From assembly GCA_965202785.1 (NCBI GenBank), contig OZ241855.1:576001-640000 (forward strand): a DNA stretch of 64,000 nt, in the 5' to 3' direction. A program made the translations under genes and the position numbers. Shown here one piece after another: positions 50,311-59,600 of the stretch. Below the pieces are notes generated by a model, which saw only the letters and a list, made by a program, of their open reading frames with translations, ran no database searches and was not told the DNA's origin. The stretch comes from Thermodesulfobacteriota bacterium (GTDB taxonomy: Bacteria > Desulfobacterota_D > UBA1144 > Nemesobacterales > Nemesobacteraceae). Each line of letters starts with the position of its first letter. Within the stretch, counting starts at the first letter, position 1.

Positions 50311-51999
50311 TCAGTCCATCGCCCTCATCATCATTTCCGTGATCACCCGCGTTGCGCCGCTTACCGCGTCAGGGTCGGTTCTCACGTTAAGCACCGCCGG
50401 AAGTCCCGAGGAAGAAGCCCTTTCCAGGCTCGGGGTCAGGTCTTTTATGTTCTCTACCTTCTCCCCGTATCCGCCCATCGCTTTTATTATTTCGTGAAAA
50501 TCGACAAAACCGAGATCCACTCCCTGAGTCACCCCCGCGTCAGGATAGGTTATCTCTATCTGATGCTTGGTCATTCCCCACGCAGAATCGTTGCACACGA
50601 CAACCACAAACGGGATAGAGTGCCTCACCGCGGTTTCCATCTCCATGAAATTCATGGCCACGGCCCCGTCCCCGGTCACGAGCGCCACGGGCTTTTCGGG
50701 AAAAGCGACCTTTGCCCCCAGCGCGAAAGGCACTCCGACGCCCATGCACCCGAGCGGGCCTCCCTTAAGGTAATGCCCCGGCCTTCTCACCTCGGATGAA
50801 AGGTCCGTCCATGATTGGCAGTCTCCCCCGTCAACCGCGATTATCCCTTCTCCCCCGAAGTAGTCCGAAACAGTTCTTGCCACCGTGGCAGGGTGGATTC
50901 CCTTCGATTTGGAAACGGTCCGGCGAAACGCCGCGCGGGCGCGTGACCTTGCGGAGCGGGCCTCCTTCATCCAAGAGCTGAAATCGAATCTTGCCTTGTT
51001 TTCCCGGGCGTAGAGATTCGCCTTTGCGAGAAAGGAATCGAGATCGCAGACGACCCCGAGATCAGCCGGGCGGTTCCTTCCTATTTCCTCCGGGCTAATA
51101 TCCACCTGGACGGTCTTGGCCTTGGGGTTTATTGTCTTTCCGAACCCGGCGTAGATGCTGAGCCTTATGCCGAGAAGGATCACAAGATCCGCATTTGCAC
51201 TTATCTCCCTGAATCCCCCGGGACTTGCAGGTGATGCCGCCCCGAAGCAGCATTTGTGATTGTCGGGGAGAATGCCTCTTCCCATGTTAAGAGTGAAAAC
51301 AGGCGCTCCGAGCCTTTCTGCGAACTCCGAAAGACTCTGCTCGGCGCCCGAGTACCACCCGCCGCTCCCGACAATCACGACGGGTCTTTTCGAGGCGGAA
51401 AGCAGCCGGAAAAACTCCGAGATCTTGCGCTCGGGCGGTTCGCAGTCCGTATCGGGAACGGGAGCCCTCGCGGGCGAAGTCTCTTTTTCATCGCAGCTCG
51501 GATAAAGAACCTCGTAGGACATTCCAAGGTACGCAGGCCCCGGCCTGGCAGAGATCGCGGCCCCGTAGGCAGCCGATACGTACTCCTCGAGCCTCTCGAC
51601 CTCGTAAACCGTCCTCGCCCACTTCGTAACGGGCCTCACGATCGCTTCCTGGTCTATCTCCTGAAGGGACATCCTGTCGTTCTCCTCGATCCCCGAACGT
51701 CCTGAAATCAGCATCATCGGAGAGTTTGCTAGGTAGGAACCCGATATCCCCGTGAGGGCGTTCGTGAGTCCGGGACCCGCCGTCACAAGGCATATCCCCG
51801 GCACTCTTCTGAGTCTCCCGTAGGCATCCGCCGCCATCGCGGCTCCCTGCTCATGATGGGTGTCGACAAGCCTTATGCCAAGGTCCGTACAGGCCTTGTA
51901 AACGGGGTTTATGTGTCCCCCTCCGAGGGTAAATATGTCCCTCACTCCCAGGTCGTAAAGAGCCTTTGAGACCAGATGTCCGCCCTGCAGTCTCGCCAT
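50311..51999 (-). CDS. Thiamine-diphosphate-dependent enzyme (acetolactate synthase / 2-hydroxyacyl-CoA lyase-like)
   Basis: GGHI, HHEQGA, TAGPG, GCMGVG, GDGA...NDSAWG. Confidence 0.9.
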   Translation of the reverse strand: MARLQGGHLVSKALYDLGVRDIFTLGGGHINPVYKACTDLGIRLVDTHHEQGAAMAADAYGRLRRVPGICLVTAGPGLTNALTGISGSYLANSPMMLISGRSGIEENDRMSLQEIDQEAIVRPVTKWARTVYEVERLEEYVSAAYGAAISARPGPAYLGMSYEVLYPSCDEKETSPARAPVPDTDCEPPERKISEFFRLLSASKRPVVIVGSGGWYSGAEQSLSEFAERLGAPVFTLNMGRGILPDNHKCCFGAASPASPGGFREISANADLVILLGIRLSIYAGFGKTINPKAKTVQVDISPEEIGRNRPADLGVVCDLDSFLAKANLYARENKARFDFSSWMKEARSARSRARAAFRRTVSKSKGIHPATVARTVSDYFGGEGIIAVDGGDCQSWTDLSSEVRRPGHYLKGGPLGCMGVGVPFALGAKVAFPEKPVALVTGDGAVAMNFMEMETAVRHSIPFVVVVCNDSAWGMTKHQIEITYPDAGVTQGVDLGFVDFHEIIKAMGGYGEKVENIKDLTPSLERASSSGLPAVLNVRTDPDAVSGATRVITEMMMRAMD

Positions 52000-52156
52000 G
52001 AGTGGTTCTCCCGTAATCAAACAAACCATTATTTGGCGGGAAATACAACCCGGGGGGAACAAAAAACTTTCCTTGAGTTCCGCCGGATGATGATTAACGT
52101 GGAATCGGGGAAGGGGTAACGGGGATAAAAAATTCATTTAAACGGAGGTAAAGACA

Positions 52157-52576
52157 ATGAAATACGCAGTAAACCTACTGGAGCCGGCCAACGTCTTTCG
52201 CAACTTCGCAAGCGTCTTTCCGGGGGTTTTTGATTCCGACGCGGCGGAGGGAGGCAGGAGCCCCAAGGTCGACGTTTTCGACGACGGAAACAACTTTGTC
52301 TTGTCGGCGGAATTGCCCGGGGTAGGCAGGGAAGATCTCGACATAGACGTAAAAGACAACCGGCTTACGATAAAGGGAGAAAAAAAGCTTGAGAACAAGA
52401 CCGAGAAGGAAGGATATCTCAGGGTCGAGAGGTCCTACGGGGTGTTTGAGAGAAGTTTTTTCCTTGACGACAACATAGACAGAGAAACCATAAAGGCCGA
52501 GTACGAAGACGGCGTCCTGCGCCTCACCCTGCCGAGAAAGCAGGACGAGCCTTCAAAGAAAATAGAAGTGAACTGA
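52157..52576 (+). CDS. Hsp20/alpha-crystallin small heat-shock protein
   Basis: AELPGV, LTIKGEK, ERSYGVFERSF, YEDGVLRLTLPR. Confidence 0.95.
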   Translation: MKYAVNLLEPANVFRNFASVFPGVFDSDAAEGGRSPKVDVFDDGNNFVLSAELPGVGREDLDIDVKDNRLTIKGEKKLENKTEKEGYLRVERSYGVFERSFFLDDNIDRETIKAEYEDGVLRLTLPRKQDEPSKKIEVN

Positions 52577-52578
52577 TC

Positions 52579-52613
52579 AAAAAAGGGGGAGCGCCAAGCG
52601 ACGCTCCCCCTTT
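52579..52613. terminator. Bidirectional intrinsic terminator
   Basis: AAAGGGGGAGCG / CGCTCCCCCTTT. Confidence 0.85.
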
Positions 52614-52679
52614 AATCGTCTTCGCTAAAACACCAATCCGCTCTGGAGAGGTGCCTTAGTCAGAAAACATCCCTAAAAA

Positions 52680-53708
52680 CTAAGAACTGCTGCCGTTCCG
52701 TCTGCCCGCTGCACGGTTTCCGAACGATACGGCAAGAAACAGTCCGGACACTATCAACAGCAGGTTAAGAGCATTATTCCGAGGAGTACTGTCGCTTCCC
52801 GCCGCGATTGCACAGCCTCCGCCGCTGACAGAGGTGGGCATCCCAGGTTCCATCTCAGGCTCCATTTCGGGTTCCATCTCAGGCTCCATCTCTTCACCGC
52901 CATCAGCCATTCCATTCCCGTCACATTCTGGCAGGTTGCTGTCCATTTCCGAAGGATAGATGCCGGACCCGAAGATAATGCCCGGAGTAGCGGAGAGCGC
53001 CGGCGCTCCCAAGTACTCAAAGGGGTCTACAACGTAGCTAACTTTCAAAGAGTCCCCAGGGGCTACTGCAGGATCGTTACTGTCTATTTCGTCACCATCT
53101 ACATCCGGGTTTTCCCAGCAATACTTAATAATGCCGTCGTTCATGGGAGTCTCCGCCTCGTTAAGAATTAATTCCCCGACATCCTGTCCGGCCTCGTCCA
53201 CGGCAACCACACGCATCCCCTCAGCAACCTCTGGGTCGTCCCCGTGATAAAGCATGGTTCCTGTATCATCCATAATAAAAAGGTATACGGAACCCGACTT
53301 CCAAGGTCCGTCTTCGTAGCCAAAGACCTCAGCGAATCGTTGCTCAAAATCGCAATAAGGATCTAGATCCGACCTGCCTGTTAGACCGATAAGGTCAAAG
53401 CTACCAATAAGTGGCCTTATTTGATCTGCCGGAGCAGTTGCAAGATCTATTCCGAATCTTTCGAGCGCAGTAGAAATAGTAGCATTTTCACTAAAATCAC
53501 ACTCTCTTATAATAGTATTTATGTAATATTCATCAACCGCCTCTTGTACGAATTGCTTAAGTTCTTCTTCGGTATCTACCTCATCGGCGTGTACAGCGTG
53601 CACAGAAGTCGTAATACCGGAAAAAGCGCCTGCGAGCATAAGCAGACACGAAAAAAGACCTGCAAGGGCCGCTGTCCTAAAGACAGTATTTCGCATTAAT
53701 ATTCTCAT
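52680..53708 (-). CDS. Secreted single Cache-domain protein with (EMEP)4 linker and C-terminal GGGC-TM sorting-like tail
   Basis: Signal peptide; WKSGSVYLFIMDDTG.MLYHG...DEAGQD...GIIKYCWENP...KVSYV...IFGSGIY; tail SGGGCAIAAGSDSTPRNNALNLLLIVSGLFLAVSFGNR. Confidence 0.75.
   Translation of the reverse strand: MRILMRNTVFRTAALAGLFSCLLMLAGAFSGITTSVHAVHADEVDTEEELKQFVQEAVDEYYINTIIRECDFSENATISTALERFGIDLATAPADQIRPLIGSFDLIGLTGRSDLDPYCDFEQRFAEVFGYEDGPWKSGSVYLFIMDDTGTMLYHGDDPEVAEGMRVVAVDEAGQDVGELILNEAETPMNDGIIKYCWENPDVDGDEIDSNDPAVAPGDSLKVSYVVDPFEYLGAPALSATPGIIFGSGIYPSEMDSNLPECDGNGMADGGEEMEPEMEPEMEPEMEPGMPTSVSGGGCAIAAGSDSTPRNNALNLLLIVSGLFLAVSFGNRAAGRRNGSSS
52845..52892 (-). repeat. In-frame 12-bp tandem repeat, 4 copies, encoding EMEP
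   Basis: GAGATGGAGCCT GAGATGGAACCC GAAATGGAGCCT GAGATGGAACCT. Confidence 0.9.
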
Positions 53709-53937
53709 TATATCCTCCTTACTGATTTGTTAGGTTTAAGCCCTGAAGAACCCCGATTCTCACCGGGTCGTTAGCGGCATTTATTTTATAAATTAAAACA
53801 AGAAAGCAATAACCCTGTCAAGCACTTTCAGGCCAAAATTCTCAGGCAAAATTAGGTATAACTAGTATTACAGTTTGACATGCGAATCTCCTCGCAACAA
53901 AGAATTTTTCCCGTTAGGCAAGTCACGCAACGACCGA

Positions 53938-53965
53938 GAAAACCGGCGAAGCCGTCGGTTTTTTT
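53938..53965 (+). terminator. Intrinsic terminator-like hairpin in a divergent intergenic region
   Basis: AAAACCGGCG-AAGC-CGTCGGTTTTTTT. Confidence 0.6.
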
Positions 53966-54088
53966 GTCCCAAGATACCTGTAGGCCGAACATTCTATCAT
54001 CCACCGCCAAGCGACTGATTCAGGAAGTCGGCGAGGCCGGAACGAATCGCTTGTTATGAAGGAAAAACTAAAGTAAATTTCCTTCCGT

Positions 54089-55063
54089 ATGCTGGAGATC
54101 AGTTCTAGCTCTGAAATAAAGCTTGCCGGTACCGATATATACTTCGACTCGAAACGGGCCGTGCCGCTTTCTTTTGTTTCAAGCGCAAACCTGAGCAAAC
54201 TTCCCCGAAGCGAAAAAATCATAGCTACGCCCGAAACGATAAAGCTTCTGGGGAAAAAAATTAAAGGCTCCGCAGTTCTTTCTTCCCCTTACGGAAAACC
54301 TTTCACTCTGGGCAGCTACTCGATTGAGCTCATCCCATCGGGACAGATGCTCGGGGCGGCGCAGGTAGTCGTCGAAAAAGACGGGAAGAGAATCGTTTAC
54401 GCAGGCGGCTTCAAGCTTAAAAATACCGCCACTGCCGGCTACGCGGAACTCAGAAGGTGCGACACGCTGGTCGTAAATTGCGCTTACGGAGCACCGAAGT
54501 TCATTTTCCCGCCGCCCGAAGTAGTAATGGAATCCATATTCGAATTCGTAAACAGGACGCTGTTTGAAGACAGCGTGCCGGTAATTCTGGCAAACCCCAT
54601 GGGAAAAGCGCAGGACCTTATACTTTTCCTCGGGGAGAGAGAAATAGAGATGAGCCTTCATCCGGCAATGGTTAAGACTCTAAGGCTCTATGAGGAACTC
54701 GGGGTGAAGATTCCCCCCTACGGAGGAATAAAAAGAAAGCATTTTAAAAACAAGGTCCTAATAGCCCCTCTTTCCTACAGGGACTCCGCCGTCGTCGAGA
54801 ACCTTCAAAGAAAGAAGGTCGCGGTGATAAGCGGCCGCTCAATGGAAAACGGAACGTTTGTTAGATCGGCTCTACGGGCCGAGGTGGCGTTTCCCTTAAG
54901 CAACCACTTTGGATACGATGAGATCTCAGAGTATCTCGGCGTCTCAAGGCCCGGGAACGTGATCATAAGGGGAAACTTCGGCGACAGCTTCACCGAGGGG
55001 CTCAAGAAGGACGGGTGGAACATAACGGCGTTTAAAAAGCCGCGCCAGCTGGCGCTTTTCTGA
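54089..55063 (+). CDS. Metallo-beta-lactamase/beta-CASP exonuclease-like protein with metal ligands lost
   Basis: Family layout is present (IIATPET, LGAAQ, VY.G.FK, CDTLV, YG.P.FIFPP, GKAQ, PLS.H) but HxHxDH reads SANLSK. Confidence 0.7.
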   Translation: MLEISSSSEIKLAGTDIYFDSKRAVPLSFVSSANLSKLPRSEKIIATPETIKLLGKKIKGSAVLSSPYGKPFTLGSYSIELIPSGQMLGAAQVVVEKDGKRIVYAGGFKLKNTATAGYAELRRCDTLVVNCAYGAPKFIFPPPEVVMESIFEFVNRTLFEDSVPVILANPMGKAQDLILFLGEREIEMSLHPAMVKTLRLYEELGVKIPPYGGIKRKHFKNKVLIAPLSYRDSAVVENLQRKKVAVISGRSMENGTFVRSALRAEVAFPLSNHFGYDEISEYLGVSRPGNVIIRGNFGDSFTEGLKKDGWNITAFKKPRQLALF

Positions 55064-55070
55064 GGACGAA

Positions 55071-55490
55071 ATGCCGGTTGAAACGAAATCATTCACGATA
55101 AGCACCCAGGGCGACTGCGACATACTGGACATAACTCCTCACGTGAGCCGGGAGCTCTCCAAGGCTGAGCTGTCTTCGGGCACGGCCACGGTCTTTGTCG
55201 CCGGCTCGACCTGCGCGGTCACGACCATAGAGTACGAAAGCGGGGTGCTCTCAGACCTGAAAGACGCGTTTGAAAGGATGGCGCCGGAGGGCATGCCCTA
55301 CGCGCACAACGCCAGATGGGGCGACGGAAACGGACACTCGCACGTGAGAGCGTCGGTACTCGGACCCTCGCTTACGGTTCCGTTCTCAGAGGGCAGTCCC
55401 CTGCTCGGCACCTGGCAGCAGATAGTGCTCGTTGACTTCGACAACCGCCCCAGGACGAGGAGGGTAATCGTCCAGATTATCGGAGAATGA
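55071..55490 (+). CDS. yjbQ: YjbQ/UPF0047 family protein
   Basis: DIT, TTIEYE.G, HN..WGDGNGHSH, LGTWQQI, DFD.RPR. Confidence 0.9.
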   Translation: MPVETKSFTISTQGDCDILDITPHVSRELSKAELSSGTATVFVAGSTCAVTTIEYESGVLSDLKDAFERMAPEGMPYAHNARWGDGNGHSHVRASVLGPSLTVPFSEGSPLLGTWQQIVLVDFDNRPRTRRVIVQIIGE

Positions 55491-55497
55491 CCGCGCC

Positions 55498-56157
55498 TCA
55501 GACGAACTTGACCGAAAAATGCGTGGGCTTGTACCTTACGTTAAGGTTGACGATAAGGGGAGTAAGCGACTCTATCATCGAGGAAACCTCAAGCGGACCC
55601 GCGTCAAGCACCCTGAGGCTCTTCATTTCCTCGGTAAGATTCTTGATCACCTCTTTAGCTCCCTCGTCATCCCCGCATATGACCACGTCGTAATCGAGAT
55701 CCTCGCTTATGTTGGCAAGTTCCTTCGCGGGAAGGTTGTGATAGGCGGACACTAGCCTCGCCGTCTCGGGAAGCGCTTCCTTTATCTCAAGAGCCGAAGA
55801 ACCCTGGGCGGGGGGATCGAACAGAAAAGTCTTGCCTTCCCTTTTCATGGAAACCACCGGGGTTACGACTATCTGATCCGTGATGCTGTCGCCGCATCCC
55901 GCTACAGTGGCCGCCGCGTACTCGGGAGGAATACTTATTATTATTACCTCGGAAGCCGCCGCGGCATCCGCGTTCGCCATGCCGTGTATGTTCGATTCGA
56001 TTCCGAGACCCTCGAGCGTCTCCGCGTGGCCAGCCGCTATGCCAAGCGCTTTTTCCTCGCTTCTGGAGCCTATGTAGATCTCATGTCCCGCTCTTGACCA
56101 GCGCAGCACCAGACCTTCCGCTATGTCTCCCGTTCCACCTAGAAGTGAAATTTTCAT
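55498..56157 (-). CDS. npdG: NADPH-dependent F420 reductase
   Basis: LGGTGD..GL.LRW, IGSR, SAYHNL, DVVICGDD, DAGPL...IESLT. Confidence 0.88.
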   Translation of the reverse strand: MKISLLGGTGDIAEGLVLRWSRAGHEIYIGSRSEEKALGIAAGHAETLEGLGIESNIHGMANADAAAASEVIIISIPPEYAAATVAGCGDSITDQIVVTPVVSMKREGKTFLFDPPAQGSSALEIKEALPETARLVSAYHNLPAKELANISEDLDYDVVICGDDEGAKEVIKNLTEEMKSLRVLDAGPLEVSSMIESLTPLIVNLNVRYKPTHFSVKFV

Positions 56158-56276
56158 CTTTGATCTCTCCTTGCGTCAGAATTTTTACAGAACTTCTATC
56201 GTATATGCCTGCGGAGCGTTTTTCAAGCGTCCCGAAACCGTCACCCCGGGAACAGTGGAATCCGGCTTCCAGTCCA

Positions 56277-56576
56277 TCACAGACCGGCGGCCATCTGAAA
56301 AAGAGAGTTGACGACGGCGCGCTTTATAAAAACTATCAGAAGCAGAACCACTATGGGACTTAAGTCTATCGAGCCCCCGATGGGAGGAATGTATCTCCTG
56401 GCAAAGCCCAGAACCGGCTCCGTGGCCGAGTAAAGAAACCTCACTATGGGGTTATACGGGTCGGGGTTCACCCATGAAAGTATCGCCCGTCCCACTATGA
56501 GCCATATGTAAACGCTAAGAAGTATGTCCACCACTTCGGCGATGGCCCTTAAGAAATTGCCTCCTAATATTTCCAT
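56277..56576 (-). CDS. yggT: YggT family membrane protein
   Basis: LSWVNPDPYNPIVRFL..TEP, IDLSPI. Confidence 0.92.
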   Translation of the reverse strand: MEILGGNFLRAIAEVVDILLSVYIWLIVGRAILSWVNPDPYNPIVRFLYSATEPVLGFARRYIPPIGGSIDLSPIVVLLLIVFIKRAVVNSLFQMAAGL

Positions 56577-56577
56577 G

Positions 56578-57393
56578 TCAGTCCTCCTCTCCTGAAAGTT
56601 CCGCGGAGCGTCTGGCCGCGGACTCGATAGCGGATATAACAGCAGCCCGGAAACCGCCCCGCTCAAGTGAATGAATCCCGCTTGCCGTGGTCCCCCCGGG
56701 CGACGTGACCATGTCCTTTATCTCGGCAGGGTGCCCGGCGCCTTCCTGAATCATTTTCGAGGTGCCCAAAACTGTCTGCGCGGCAAGATCCGTTGCAAGC
56801 TTTCTTGGGAGCCCCATCTTAACCGCACCGTCGCAAAGCGCCTCGATGAAAATCGACACAAACGCCGGACCGCTTCCGGAAAGGGCCGTAACGGCATCCA
56901 TGAGACTCTCGCCCTCAACCCGGAAGGCTTTTCCCAGGGAACCCAGGATTTCGAGAACCAGATCTTCTTCCTCACCGGAGAACCCCTCCCCGAAATAAAC
57001 GCAGGATGCCCCCTCAAGCACTAGACTCGGGGTGTTGGGCATAACCCGCGCGAGCTTTATCTCCCTTCCGATAAGCTTTTTTATGGAAGAGTACCCTACC
57101 CCGGCAGCGATCGACACGTAGAGCTTGTTCTTGGTGGCGACGTTTTTCACTTCCCTGCAGACCTCGGGGATTATCTGGGGCTTTACGGAAAAAATAACTA
57201 TATCGGATTTTTTTACCGCCTCCCCGTTATCGGAGGTGGTCGCGACTCCGTACTGCGAGGACAGGTAAGAAAGTCTCTCGGGGTCTACGTCTGAGAGCGT
57301 TACGTCCCTTTTCTTAAAGCTTCCCGAGGCGAGAAGTCCCCTCACCATCGCCTCGGCCATGTTTCCCGCTCCTATGAATGCTGTCTTTTTCAT
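56578..57393 (-). CDS. proC: Pyrroline-5-carboxylate reductase
   Basis: FIGAGNM, RVMPNTP, SGSGPA, VTSPGGTT. Confidence 0.96.
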   Translation of the reverse strand: MKKTAFIGAGNMAEAMVRGLLASGSFKKRDVTLSDVDPERLSYLSSQYGVATTSDNGEAVKKSDIVIFSVKPQIIPEVCREVKNVATKNKLYVSIAAGVGYSSIKKLIGREIKLARVMPNTPSLVLEGASCVYFGEGFSGEEEDLVLEILGSLGKAFRVEGESLMDAVTALSGSGPAFVSIFIEALCDGAVKMGLPRKLATDLAAQTVLGTSKMIQEGAGHPAEIKDMVTSPGGTTASGIHSLERGGFRAAVISAIESAARRSAELSGEED

Positions 57394-57401
57394 CTTCAAA
57401 C

Positions 57402-58091
57402 TCACTCGGGCCTCGGACCAAAAAGCGCCGAGCCGACCCTGAGAATCGTGGCTCCCTCTTCGATCGCCACCTCGAAATCGCTGCTCATGCCCATTGAAAG
57501 CTCCTGTATTCCGGGAAACTCCCCCGACACCTTCTCCCTCATCTCCCTGAGCTCCGAGAACCATGGCCTGCTCATCTCGGGATCCTCGAAATAAGGGGGC
57601 ATCATCATGAGCCCCTCAAGCGAAACGTTCCGGAATCCGGAAGCGCTTTCGAGAAACTCCTTAAGATCGCTCCCCCTGATCCCGTTTTTGCTGTCCTCCC
57701 CGCCGTTTATCTCAACAAGCGCCCGGACACGGATCCCGGCAGCCGCGGCCCTCTTATCAAGCTCCGCCACCAAGGCCATGTTGTCAACCGCGTGCACAAG
57801 ATCCGCCTTGCCCACAACGTACTTCACCTTGTTTCTCTGCAGGGCCCCGATGAAGTGCCAGCGAAGCGTGCCGGCGGCGGCGCTTCCGGCTTCCCTCTGC
57901 TTGTCGCGAAGCTCCTGGGCGTAATTCTCTCCGAAATCCCGAAGCCCCAGCCGGTTGGCCTCCAGGATCACCGCCAAGGGGAATTTCTTAGAAACCGCTA
58001 CCAGCCGCACATCCTCCCGGTTCCTCCCGGATCTTCGGCACGCCTCTGCGATTCTCCGTTCTACTTCGTCTATGCTATCCTTCAAACTCAT
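57402..58091 (-). CDS. yggS: PLP homeostasis protein YggS
   Basis: LVAVSK, FGENYAQE, WHFIG.LQRNK, LSMGMS.D, RVGSALFG. Confidence 0.95.
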   Translation of the reverse strand: MSLKDSIDEVERRIAEACRRSGRNREDVRLVAVSKKFPLAVILEANRLGLRDFGENYAQELRDKQREAGSAAAGTLRWHFIGALQRNKVKYVVGKADLVHAVDNMALVAELDKRAAAAGIRVRALVEINGGEDSKNGIRGSDLKEFLESASGFRNVSLEGLMMMPPYFEDPEMSRPWFSELREMREKVSGEFPGIQELSMGMSSDFEVAIEEGATILRVGSALFGPRPE

Positions 58092-58678
58092 CCGGATTCC
58101 ACGACACCTATATCCGAGAGTACTGAAACCAGCTCAAAAAGCGGAAGTCCGACGACACCCGTGTAGGAACCTTTTATCCACTCAACAAGGCACGATCCGA
58201 TCCCCTGAATGGCGTATGCGCCCGCCTTGTCCATTGGCTCTCCGGTCTTAATGTACCGACGCATCCCTTCCGTATCAAGGGACTTCATCCGCACCTCGGT
58301 GCGGGTGGCCCCAAGGTGAAGAACCTCGCCGGGGGGCCTCGCAACGCAGAAGGCCGTTATGACCTCATGGGTTCTTCCGGAGAGTTCTTGCAGCATAAAG
58401 AGCGCGTCTTCTTCGTCGCGGGGCTTGCCGAAAATCTCTCCCGAGACGGACACGACCGTGTCGCTGCCCACGACGATTCGCCCTCGCCGCTCTTGCGCGC
58501 AGACGTAAAGCGCCTTTTCCCTGGCCATGCGCTTTGCGAAATCAAGCGGCGCCTCTCCATCCCAGGCGCTCTCGCGCACCCGCGGCGGAATCACTTCGAA
58601 ATCAAGACCAACACTCGCAAGCAGATCCCGTCTTCTCGGGGAAGAGGAAGCAAGTACGAAGCTTCTGTTCTTAAGCAT
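58088..58678 (-). CDS. maf: Maf family nucleotide pyrophosphatase
   Basis: LASSSPRR, GSDT, GKP, DKAGAYAIQG, VVGLP. Confidence 0.95.
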   Translation of the reverse strand: MLKNRSFVLASSSPRRRDLLASVGLDFEVIPPRVRESAWDGEAPLDFAKRMAREKALYVCAQERRGRIVVGSDTVVSVSGEIFGKPRDEEDALFMLQELSGRTHEVITAFCVARPPGEVLHLGATRTEVRMKSLDTEGMRRYIKTGEPMDKAGAYAIQGIGSCLVEWIKGSYTGVVGLPLFELVSVLSDIGVVESG

Positions 58679-58757
58679 CCAGGAAAGACCCCCCAAGCGG
58701 AAACCCGAAACTTGAAAACGCGTCTTCTGCGTATACAATCATCAACTTCAAGCTCAG

Positions 58758-59600
58758 ATGGAAATCAAAGAACTTTACCTGAAAGGCAGAAAAAGCTTCG
58801 AGGAAAACGGCTTCGAGTGCCCCGGCATCGAAACAAGAGCGATACTCGCAAGAAGCCTCGGCACGGACCCGCTGGAATTCTACGCGCATCCGGAAAGACG
58901 CGTGGACCCCGAACGCGCGGAAGTATTTGAAGAGCTCCTTCACCGACGCCTCGGGGGAGAACCCCTCGCGTACATTACCGGCGAGCGGGAATTCTGCTCG
59001 AGGCCCTTTGTCGTGACCCGCGACGTCCTGATACCGAGACCGGAGACCGAGACGCTCGCGGAACTCGCCATGGAAACCGCGGGACGGATGAAAAATCCAC
59101 GCATCCTCGACCTCGGAACGGGAAGCGGATGCCTCGCCGTAACCCTGTCTCTCGAAGCGCAAGGCTGTACGGTTTTCGCCTCGGACGTATCCGCCGCGGC
59201 GCTCGGGGTAGCCAGAAAAAACGCCCGTGCACACGGCGCGCGCGTCCGGTTCGTCCGCTCGGATCTTCTGGGCTGCTTTGCAAAATCTTCGTTTGACATG
59301 ATAATTTCCAACCCGCCTTACGTGTCCGAAGCGGAATACGCGGAGCTTTCCCCGCAGATAAGGCGTTATGAGCCGCGCGCGGCGCTTCTCGGCGGGGGGG
59401 ACGGGCTTGCGTACATAAGGAAAATAGCGGCCGCGGCGGGAACCGCGCTTCGAGAAGGCGGCTTTCTGCTTCTTGAAATCGGGGCCGGGCAGGCAGAGAG
59501 CGCAGAGAGCATAGTCAGTGAGAACGGTTTTTCAGACATACGCATCGAAACCGATATCGGCGGCGTAGAAAGGGTAGTGAAAGCGACTTGGAAAAAATAG
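58758..59600 (+). CDS. prmC: Release factor glutamine methyltransferase
   Basis: EPLAYI, VLIPRPETE, LDLGTGSG, SNPPY. Confidence 0.95.
   Translation: MEIKELYLKGRKSFEENGFECPGIETRAILARSLGTDPLEFYAHPERRVDPERAEVFEELLHRRLGGEPLAYITGEREFCSRPFVVTRDVLIPRPETETLAELAMETAGRMKNPRILDLGTGSGCLAVTLSLEAQGCTVFASDVSAAALGVARKNARAHGARVRFVRSDLLGCFAKSSFDMIISNPPYVSEAEYAELSPQIRRYEPRAALLGGGDGLAYIRKIAAAAGTALREGGFLLLEIGAGQAESAESIVSENGFSDIRIETDIGGVERVVKATWKK

Noticed and set aside
52000-52156. CIRCE or ROSE element upstream of hsp20
   Set aside because: No TTAGCACTC-N9-GAGTGCTAA and no clear RBS-sequestering hairpin.
53843-53880. GGCAAAATTAG...CTAGT resembling the start of a c-di-GMP-I riboswitch
   Set aside because: It lacks the GNRA loop and the GACGCAAA / P3 elements.
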